This document shows, one piece after another, positions 55,801 to 64,000 of a DNA stretch of 64,000 nucleotides (position 1 is the stretch's first letter; each line of letters starts with the position of its first letter). Made by a program: the position numbers and the translations under genes. This DNA comes from Bugula neritina (taxonomy: Eukaryota; Animalia; Bryozoa), in NCBI GenBank assembly GCA_964035545.1, contig OZ037773.1:7407751-7471750 (forward strand), read 5' to 3'. The notes under the pieces are model-generated. The model saw only the letters and a program-made list of their open reading frames with translations, did not search any database and was not told where the DNA came from.

Positions 55801-56764
55801 CACCAATGACATCAAAAACAATATTGCTAACTGTCGACAATGTCAACTGGATGCTCCCCGGCAACAGAAGGAAACACTTTTACTCCACACAGTTCCCCAA
55901 CAACCCTGGACCAAAGTAGGAATTGACTTGTTTGAATACAATCACACTCACTACATTACTATTGTTGACTATACGACTGACTACCTTGAATATGACCGAC
56001 TGGACAACCAAACAGCAGAGGCTGTTATCAACTCCATAAAGCGCTGTTTTGGACGCCTGGGAATACCCAGACAGGTTCACACTGACAACGGACCACAGTT
56101 TACCTCGCACCAGTTTTCCACTTTCAGCCAATCATGGAATTTCACACACACCACCAGCTCTCCATATCATCCTCAGTCCAATGGGAAGGCAGAGTCTGCT
56201 GTGAAGATAGCCAAACGTATACTCCGCAGATGTGAAGAGCCCGAACTTGCGTTACTGGAACATCTCAACACCACCAAAGAAGGCCTGACGGCCAGCCCAA
56301 TTCAGCAACTTATCGGAAGACCCACCAGGTCAGTACTCCCACAAGTTCGGCCAGAAACAGAGAACAACCAAGGTTGGTGGGAAAAGCAGGGCCGCAATGA
56401 AAAACTGCAGCAGAGATGCAATGACGGTGCAAGAGATTTGGCAGTGCTGAAAGAAGGGCAACCAGTTTTGGTTCGAGACTGGAGTCAGCACCGGAGAAAA
56501 TGGCAGGAGGCGCAAATTAACAAACAATTGAGTAGCAGAGCCTATGCCATACAACTTAACAACAACCTCTTTCGGAGAAACCGGCGAGACATCAGACCAC
56601 TCGTCACGGAGCCAGCGAGTCCTGAGACACCAAAGGATCCTAAACAAAACGCTAGTAGTACCCAGGTTGACACCACCGAGAGCGCCAATCATAGCGACAA
56701 TCTAAGACGTTCAACCAGAGAACGGAAGCCACCTAGTTGGATGGCAGACTATGTGCCCTCTTAA
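52814..56764 (+). CDS. Gag-Pol polyprotein, 1316 aa (Gag with two Cys knuckles, PR, RT, RNase H, IN)
   Basis: CGNCGGNH..C and CNHCKKFNHFAAYC; PR LDTGA; RT RLPFG and VADDIL; RNase H TDAS, ELE and TDH; IN HHCC plus IDLF, TDNG and AES; Gypsy domain order. Confidence 0.97.
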   Translation: MEQLLAPKPLADGPNLPEEWKIFKRDFGLFLTATSKDTAEGKVKTAYLLRTIGRRGNQIYDSFNWTDNNDKTDYDKVVTQFDDYCKPRINLVAKTHSLLTCKQGNRTIDEFLTELHTIAGLCDLKDMYNRLILQALILGIESDKIRKKLFDLTDFDKAIELCRREEASAIDYKTMTKDNTYGLEQVNLVKHRPPTHQYHSNDTRNTDKHRGQLSHTHSQPNVRKSVGASRCGNCGGNHPPRACPAYGKQCNHCKKFNHFAAYCRSRMHHYRDSTETANQVTWNYSSDSDSQHVSTISTTVRDRKLLAMLTAKQADTIYDIEFQLDTGASCNTLNTIDYDKLGRPKLTPTDTVLTLYDQSKCAPLGWTRIQILNKQGCYTTLKFLVVETTQHSLLSWKSCLHLDLLQMPSTKSENVNFATTDPDLQTLLTNFDDIFTGLGKFEQEYRIELRPEAVPVQVRPRKVPLSMKSDLIKTILELEQRQIIAKVEAPTDWISHLQPVRKPNGKIRICIDPQNLNQAIKRNHAVMPTLEDVLPQLNGAKFFSLCDAKEGFYQIPLAEESTDLTTFWTPIGKYKYLRLPFGIASAPEEFQRRLTENLAGLDGITIVADDILIFGSTRKEHDRNLEALFKRARQTGLRLNKEKSRFLQDELPYIGHILTTNGLKPDPNKVKAILKMKPPSSPQGVKRFLGHITYMSKFISNLASESEPLRRLLTQDNAQDFHWTDDQMNAFNRLKTLLTDSETLQYFDCNKPVTIQTDASNAGVGATLMQGGKPVAYASRSLTKSEQNYVPLELECLAIVFGTERFDQYIFGHHAVTIQTDHKPLVSIFRKSIHKASRRLQAMLLHLQRYPNIKVTWQKGAEQITADLLSRDSYFDSPNYQQLPEHIFHIDSQNNDAPVCDDLIDNIRTATAQDNELMTLTNLIKHDWNIANCTTHDKYKHFQDELSIDNGIVYKGLRAIIPKTLQRKFLQLLHTGHNGINSTLRRARHTVFWLGITNDIKNNIANCRQCQLDAPRQQKETLLLHTVPQQPWTKVGIDLFEYNHTHYITIVDYTTDYLEYDRLDNQTAEAVINSIKRCFGRLGIPRQVHTDNGPQFTSHQFSTFSQSWNFTHTTSSPYHPQSNGKAESAVKIAKRILRRCEEPELALLEHLNTTKEGLTASPIQQLIGRPTRSVLPQVRPETENNQGWWEKQGRNEKLQQRCNDGARDLAVLKEGQPVLVRDWSQHRRKWQEAQINKQLSSRAYAIQLNNNLFRRNRRDIRPLVTEPASPETPKDPKQNASSTQVDTTESANHSDNLRRSTRERKPPSWMADYVPS

Positions 56765-56797
56765 AACAATCATATCTAAATAGCTTTTTTCTATTCT

Positions 56798-56805
56798 GTG
56801 GGAGA
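56798..56805 (+). other. Polypurine tract (short)
   Basis: gtgggaga directly before the 3' LTR. Confidence 0.6.
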
Positions 56806-57037
56806 TGTTCGGTGTTCATGTAAACATTTATTTCTAATTTGTTATTTTATTATTTTACTATTTTTTGTCATAATCTTAATAATTAATTGTATCACTTATT
56901 GTAATAGTTTTAGTATTTTCGTGTATATATATTGTGGTAATAAATCACGGCTTCGGCCTCTTACGTTTATCAACTAACTCGAGCACGTTCTGTCTTTTCA
57001 CGATAGCTGAAATAATATCACAAATCAACATAAAACA
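56806..57037 (+). repeat. 3' LTR
   Basis: Matches the 5' LTR, 232 bp. Confidence 0.97.
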
Positions 57038-57492
57038 TTAATAATTTAAATTATAATTATAATATAAATGTTTATATAAATAATATTTATAATAATTTTA
57101 CTATAAACTTATCATTTATATTATAATATTTATTATAATCATAATTTTGATAATATAAATATGTTTTATCCTCAAGCTCAGGATTTTCTACTTGAAATCC
57201 AATTTTGTACATTAATTTATTTAATAGCTTTTTGCTTTCTTATTTATTTATTATAAAATATAGAATAGCTATTGTTTTCCTTCATAATCCACTTTTAAAT
57301 TAAATTAAATGTTTATAGCTTTATGAGTTTATTTTTTCTAAATTTTTAAAAAAGTTCAAAATAGACTGTTGCAGTGGTATACAATATATAGATATTTGAA
57401 ATAATGTTATAAAACTAATATCTTTTATGTTTTTTTCAGGTCTACTTGTTTTTCTAAAAGAATTCTAGAGAATATACTTTGAACAAGACATT

Positions 57493-60169
57493 ATGGTAGG
57501 TTTTCTTTTATCTCTGCAAAAAAAAAAACTCATACAAGTCGCTATCCCTGTGAGAAACCCCTAATGGAAAGGGTATTTGTTAAAGCAGGCTAAGGACTTA
57601 TTTAAATGAGGCACAGGAGCAATTATGACCGGATGCTCTTCCTAACATCATCAATGGTCTTTGTCTGGGCTTGAACCCATGACCTCGTGTTTACTAGGCA
57701 AGCCCCTAGACCGGCTGCTCCCTACAGTTTTATTCATAATATATTAGAATGCAAGACTGTTGGAATTGCCTTTTAAGAGGCAATAATGGTTAGCTTATCT
57801 ACATTTGTTTTCCATTTTTTCAATTTATTGAGCATTTTAAATAATTACTCCATTTAATGATCGTCAACATTCAGGTAAATAGTTAATGTAGGTTAATGAT
57901 TTATGTATGTAGTCAAATCTGCGTTCTGTCGTATTGCAATAGATGTGGGGTTTGTTTTTTAAATTCAAATTCAGCTCCAATAGCTTCTCATACTTAATAA
58001 GAAATAAGAATAGTTATATTAGCCTGTTATAATGTTTTATACTGTTATATGATGGTGTGACACAGCGTGACATTCTGTGACAGTGCTTGCTTTATCTAAG
58101 CAAGATATTTTCTTTATTTACTTTTTCAGGAAATTTGTACTGTGGACCCAGAACTTAAGACGTTGTTGACAAAGTTTCGCTTTAGAAAATCCGAGACCAA
58201 CGCTGCAATAATTAGTGAGTATTTACGTGGAGCAACTGTCCAAGTCCACTAAAATCTAAATACTGAGTTTGAGCTGACAGTTCAAAACTCATGGAAGTTT
58301 ATAGTCACTATCCGTGTGAGAAAACCCTTGATGGAAAGGGTTTTTGTTAAAGTGGGCTAAGGACTTATTTAAATGAGGCACAGGAGCAATTATGACTGGA
58401 TGCTCTTCCTAACATCACCAATGGCCTTTGTCATGACCTTGTGTTTACTAGGCACAGGCTCTAACCCCTAGACCACGGCTGCTCAATTAGACATCAATCA
58501 CAGACCACTATTCCAATGAAGTTTGCTTGTATTTTGCTGCAAAATTACTTGTAATGGTGAATATTTAATAGATAAACCAGCAGTGAGCTGTTAGTGCAAT
58601 GAACTGGTGAGATATTTCCAGTGAAGCAAACAAACAAACAAAACCTGCACTACTGTATTGTCTAGTGATTAAACTAATGACATGAGTTATCCCCCTTGTA
58701 CAGATTTACCACCGGTAATGGCCTGAAGAGAATTTAATTTGTTTTGCCTTACAGTGCATTTGAACATTCGCACCAGCTTTTCTCAATGCACCATATGCAG
58801 CATAGCGGAATTGAACCAACATTAATAGTTTGACCACCTCAGCCAGGGCAGCATTTAAACACAAGGCCACTCTTAATAAATATGTGTTACATGTGAGAGT
58901 GTTGGCTATATTTACTATTGTTAGATTGGGTGTATTTCATGAGAAGACAACTCATAAAATTTATGGCATATTGTATTTTTTATTTAATTTGAACATGTTC
59001 TTTTAATATTCACTTTTTTGCTACAGCTAATGTGCTGTTATTATTTTTGCAGTGAAAATAAACAAGGATGATCTTACTGTGGTTTTAGAAGAAGAGCTAG
59101 AGGTATATAATATGTACTTACAATACATACTTACTTACTGTGATCTTGATATACTAGTCTTTGACCTATTTCTAAGTATTTATGTTTGCATTATACACTA
59201 ACAAAATTTCTACTGTAAGTGTTACTTGATGAGTTCACCTCAAGTTTCTAACCTGCAACAGTGCAAATATTAGTAACTCATATATAGACTGGTTTAGTTT
59301 ATGGTTGTAAACTGAGCTTATATCACTGCATTTCCAAGCTTCATATTATGCCATTATGGAAATAGATTTTTATTCGATGTTTGAAAGCAGTTGCATCGAA
59401 TAAAACCACAACCATAAGTTCATCGGTACTGGCATCCATTTACATAACCCGAAGCAACGGAAACGAAGCGTACATGTCTGAAAACCTGCAAGCAGGTGTA
59501 GTTAGTATAGAATACAAAAAGTAACAGACATACATATTGTACGATATTCTAGGACTGTGACTTGGACGAGGTCAAGGATAATCTCTCCGAGCATCAGCCG
59601 AGGTATCTTGTCTACAGTTTCAAACAGACTCATTCGGATGGCAGAATCTCCTTTCCTCTTTGCTTTGTGTACATTAGTCCAGAAGGTATAGTATAAGTAC
59701 ATTACTGGAGAAAATGGTCTTTACAGTGCTGTAACAGCAGTAAACAATTATATGTAGTGGTGTGACACACACATATTTCATTTCAGGTTGCAAACCAGAG
59801 CAACACATGATGTATGCTGGTAGTAAAACAGAACTGGTTAAAGAAACTGGAATGACTAAGGTATGTTTCCAAAGCATTATACAAAATGCTGCACATTTTT
59901 CATTTATAAGTTGTGTCGGCCAGCCTTTTCGATACAAATCATTTCTATCATGGGTTCTCACAAGGATAGGGACTATAAACTTGTGTGAGCAAGTTGCATG
60001 AGAATATATCAGAAATAACAGGTATTGCTATTGATACTATGATGATATGTTATAGTTGTCTCCCCTATTTAATGTGCTCAAATTGATGTGGTCTCAGGTG
60101 TTTGAACTGAGGAGCCTAGAAGAGCTGACTGAGGAGTGGCTGGTTGCAAGCATAAAAAGGTTGTACTAA
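57493..60169 (+). CDS. GMFB: Glia maturation factor (ADF-H family). Exons 57493-57495 (ATG), 58130-58214, 59053-59102, 59553-59685, 59787-59860, 60098-60169
   Basis: [32 protein letters not shown]...[57 protein letters not shown]. Invertebrates have a single GMF, so beta vs gamma cannot be resolved. Confidence 0.93.
57537..57720 (-). mobile_element. tRNA-derived SINE (family A)
   Basis: Minus strand has B-box ggttcaagccc and core gatgttaggaagagcatccggtcataattgctcc; near-identical to 58303-58484. Confidence 0.85.
58303..58484 (-). mobile_element. tRNA-derived SINE (family A), B-box deleted
   Basis: High similarity to 57537-57720. Confidence 0.85.
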
Positions 60170-61297
60170 ATCTTCAAAATATACTCTCCTGCTGCTCGTA
60201 TCCCGTCAAGATGACTGAAGCAATTTTCCTACCCACATATTCATGGGGAGATAATATATGCAGGATTGTTTATCTTGATATTTTAGCAAACATAATACTC
60301 TTCAGTTCCACAGCTATTTAATGATTGATGTATGATGGATGGTTTGGATACCATCTAGTTGCTCACACTCGATATTGGTGCACAGTGTTTGTTTTAGCCT
60401 CAAGAGGAAGTAATGTTAGCCTTAGATGTATAATCATCTACATTCAATGATGTCTAAGGTTCTTAAATTTCTTAACGAATTACTGTTGGTAACTTTCAGT
60501 ATATTTCGAGCTCATTTCCATTTGCTGCATTCTAACTGCACCATTCCTTAGAGAAGGTCTTGCCATGCTATATCATCATCTCACTGATCGTTTATCAGTT
60601 TTTATATTTATACTATTATTTCCGTTTTGTGAGAATAGCCCTTTATTCTAAAATGTTATATCATTTAAAAATATTTTATCATTTTAAATATCAAGAAAAA
60701 ATACATGTTCCCAAGCTTCTGGGCAAAAATGTACTTGAGTTTTTTTTAATACAAAAAGGAGTAATTATTTCCAAGTATAGCATGCTTTTAATTTTGATTT
60801 TTTGCTTGTCCATCATAGATTAAAACATAAAAATGGTTTTGTAAAACCTTTCTTCAGCCGCTTGGCATACAGTAAGTTGTAATTGTATATGTCATCAATG
60901 TTGCGAATTGCGATGCATTTAGTGCATGTATAGAGATTAGGTCTGCATACGACATTTTTTGGCATGTTGCGTTACGGGATCAACAGCGAAAAGCAAAACC
61001 TCAACAAATGTCTATATATTATTAGTATAGCTTGTATCAAACTTGGTGAACTTTTCGAAAAGTAATGCTGTGCCAAATGAATCATGCATATTTCTAACCA
61101 TCAAGGTCAAAGTTGAAACTTTCAAGTCAGCTCAGTGATTGGGTGATTCGTTGCAGTAGCTAAGAATAACATACAGTGAAAGTCAGCATTAATTACTATT
61201 AATTAGTTTTATAATACAACTGACTTCACGGCTGACTGGAAACATCATCAGTATATGAGCACAGAATTTATCACAATCCAAGATTGTTTGAGCTTAC

Positions 61298-63363
61298 AAC
61301 CCACAGACAGCATGTAGATCATAGCCATGGTATATACATATGGACATTTCAACACTGCATAAATAAAATGTGTCAGTTAAGAGCCATAACTATTAATTGT
61401 GGTTTCCTATTGCATTACCATTTGAACTATGCTTTATAAAATGCTTTTATACTTGCTGTAGAGTTTGCTGTAAAATTAGGTCTGAGTTTTCGAAAATATT
61501 TTACTCCATTATGTACAGTCTTTAAAAATTTTGAAAGGTGTTTTATCGCTAGTTTAGTTATTGCTTCCAGTTTCATAATTCTAAATAAAATAACTATTCT
61601 ATTTCATCAAATTACTAAAATGCATTTTATTTAATATAAAATATCTGACCTATTACTACACTACAAATCATCAGTTTAAAATTGTTTAAAAGCATAAAGT
61701 TACACTAAAGTAATTGATTTGTTTTAAAATTTCTAAACAACCAGGTAACCCCATACAGGTAGCAACAACCATGGGTGTCCCCATATAGGTTATAGCATGT
61801 ACACAGTACTGAATAAAATGCAGTCATTCTTGTTCTATAAGATCAAGATGATCACGTATCCTCTCTAACACTCCCCATAGCGCTAACAGCCAGTGCATTA
61901 GAAACAGTAGTGTCATATTATGATATAACAGTTCATCTTCAAACCTAGGACAGCGTTCCCAGGCTATTATTCCATGTTCTTCAATCAAGGTTGAGTTGAG
62001 AACACCCGCAGTCCTCTGCCAGATGAATGAAAAGTTGGGCTACAAAAAGATGCTACCGTTAGCTATAAGTCTATATGCATTACATTGAGCTCAGTCTATT
62101 TTATGCATCTTAAAGTGCTTAGGCTAATGGCATCATAAGAAACTTAGGCTATGCTCATTATATAACATATATGACCAGAATAAACTTGATAAGTTTGAGT
62201 TATATGAGCAGAACTTTAAATAAGTTAGCACATGTAATCAAGTCTCCAAGGGAGGATAATCTTATCATGCGTATTTGTATCATTTGTATATATTGTAATA
62301 TAGCATAAAATAGTAATACATTATATATGATGAAATAATATATTTGGAACAATGTACTATAATATAATATTTATATTATATTGTATTGTATTGTGTTAAG
62401 CAATCAAAGTCTAGAAAAAATTGCTGGAATGCATTAAGAAGCTGCTGCAAAATTTAGTGCCTATAATTAAGATGCCTTAGTTACCTTTGCAATCCTATAT
62501 GAATTGTAAAACACCAGAGAAAAACTGAGTACAAGCAACTTTTAAAAAAACTTTGTCATATGTTAGTCAGCATTTCAATGATTTTTGTTGCAAATGAAAT
62601 TAAAAAAAAAACATTATTGTCAGTTTTAAAAGTGAAAAATATAATCAATTTTGTGTTTTATCTGTATACGAGCATAAATCAGGTTATACAAAAACCATTT
62701 ATAACACTGATACTAGTTTGTTGAAAATAATTTTCACCAAAATTTACATTTCCGCCCATAAAACATGCATGTAAATTACATACTTATATAGGAATCTAGA
62801 AACAGTAAAATTACAAGCTTTTATCAAACTTTTATTCTTTTATGTGTACCAATTTCACAATTGAATTTGAAAAAAATGCTTAAATTTGTTCAAATGTAGA
62901 GATATAACTTACCAACATAATAGTACAACGAAGTACTAAAGCTTATACTCTTTGGACTAGAAGAAATTGATGGTCGAGAATAAAAATTGACAAAATGATC
63001 AAAAAGATTAGCAACACTGTAGTTACTTTTAACGTATCTTAGCAAATATATACTATAGTAAAGCTATAATCCAAAGCTATTTTCTGCTATTTCTTTTGCT
63101 ATATTATAGAGTCTACAATGTCTAGCTTATAGCTATTATTGTAAAAATAGCTTCACAAATGATGATATATATTATACAGATGATATAACTAGGCCATAGA
63201 TAATATTATCATGCTTTTACTGATATAAAAAGAAAAAATATGTCACAAAGATATTTTACATTTCAATTAGTCACTTGAGGTGTTCGCTGTGACACATTGG
63301 CCAATGAAACTTGCACCCCTACCTTATCTGCAGTTTCCATTCTGTCCTGCTCATGTAGTGGGG
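61298..63363 (-). other. Possible 3' exons of an unidentified gene entering from beyond the window (63323-63363, 61945-62039, 61298-61354)
   Basis: Each has AG/GT ends and they chain in phase (PLHEQDRMETADK-PNFSFIWQRTAG...), but I do not recognise the protein. Confidence 0.25.
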
Positions 63364-63769
63364 CTATGGAACTTGTATAATATGTTGAGATGTTTCAACT
63401 GCCATAAATTTGTACTTTACAATTATTTTAGTTTATTATTACATTTAAAATGTAAAACTTTCAAAGACTTAGTATTTTTTATTCTAATTTTTCAACCCTC
63501 TTACTGAAATGCATTACTTGTCTGACCACTAAACCATAGATAGCCAACTAACACAGGTCTCTTTTCACTTTATGCCAGTGTGATGACTTCTGCCTTTACA
63601 CAGAATAGAACTGCAGAACTCCAACATGCAAGCCATTACAAATCATTACACTACAGGGGGAGGGGGGGGGGCTACTGGGAAACTATTGCATCGCAATCAA
63701 CATCTATGCATACCAAACCTTTCTGATTGAATTTTATAGTGTGCTGTTATAATTTATATGCATATTGGA

Positions 63770-63948
63770 GAGCAGCTGTAACCAAGGAGTTAGAGCATTG
63801 GCTCAATAAACACGAAATCATGGCTGGTTCGAACTCAGACAAAGGCCATTGGTGATGTTAGAAAGAGCATCTAGTCATAATTGCTCCTGTGCCTCATTAG
63901 AATATTAATGTCTTTAGTCTGCTTTAACAAAAACCTCTTCCTATAAAC
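63770..63948 (+). mobile_element. tRNA-derived SINE (family A)
   Basis: ggttcgaactc B-box and the shared core aaaggccattggtgatgttag..agagcatc.agtcataattgctcctgtgcctcatt. Confidence 0.85.
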
Positions 63949-64000
63949 TTCTGTAGGCTTTTTTTAAATTTATATGCATAGGTATATTGAGCATAAATTT

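Larger units (their letters stand above)
52538..57037 (+). mobile_element. Intact Ty3/Gypsy LTR retrotransposon (Mag-like), 4500 bp, TSD TTAAT
   Basis: 232-bp LTRs with TG...CA ends and no differences seen by eye; TTAAT at 52533-52537 and 57038-57042; PBS, PPT and an uninterrupted gag-pol ORF. Confidence 0.97.

Noticed and set aside
53098-56692. Antisense ORFs within the Gypsy element
   Set aside because: Short shadow ORFs of the gag-pol frame with no recognisable motifs.

Overview
AT-rich, intron-rich animal genomic DNA. It is probably a lophotrochozoan invertebrate, but that is an inference. By hand-splicing GT-AG exons with matching phases I reconstruct four host genes. (1) A full alpha-neurexin on the minus strand (30611->538): signal peptide, LNS1-EGF1-LNS2-LNS3-EGF2-LNS4-LNS5-EGF3-LNS6, Cys-loop stalk, transmembrane segment and a C-terminal PDZ motif KEWYV. 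(2) A TTC9C-like TPR gene (+, 35174-36727). (3) ARID4A/B (-, 51189->37688). (4) Glia maturation factor (+, 57493-60169), divergent from ARID4. An intact, very young Ty3/Gypsy (Mag-like) LTR retrotransposon (52538-57037, matching 232-bp LTRs, TTAAT target-site duplication) sits in the GMF 5'UTR intron. A related solo LTR lies just upstream of TTC9C. There are also tRNA-derived SINEs, a LINE 3' fragment and a small MITE. Two things stand out. (a) About 13 unrelated tandem arrays are anchored directly on splice junctions, and many of their units are copies of the donor, acceptor or branch signal itself, sometimes with exon sequence included. (b) The neurexin introns hide frame-preserving microexons at positions equivalent to vertebrate SS1, SS2 and SS4, plus a candidate internal signal-peptide exon (an isoform starting at LNS2) and a candidate gamma-like or stalk exon. 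Many long ORFs in the supplied track are translations of these tandem arrays, not genes.
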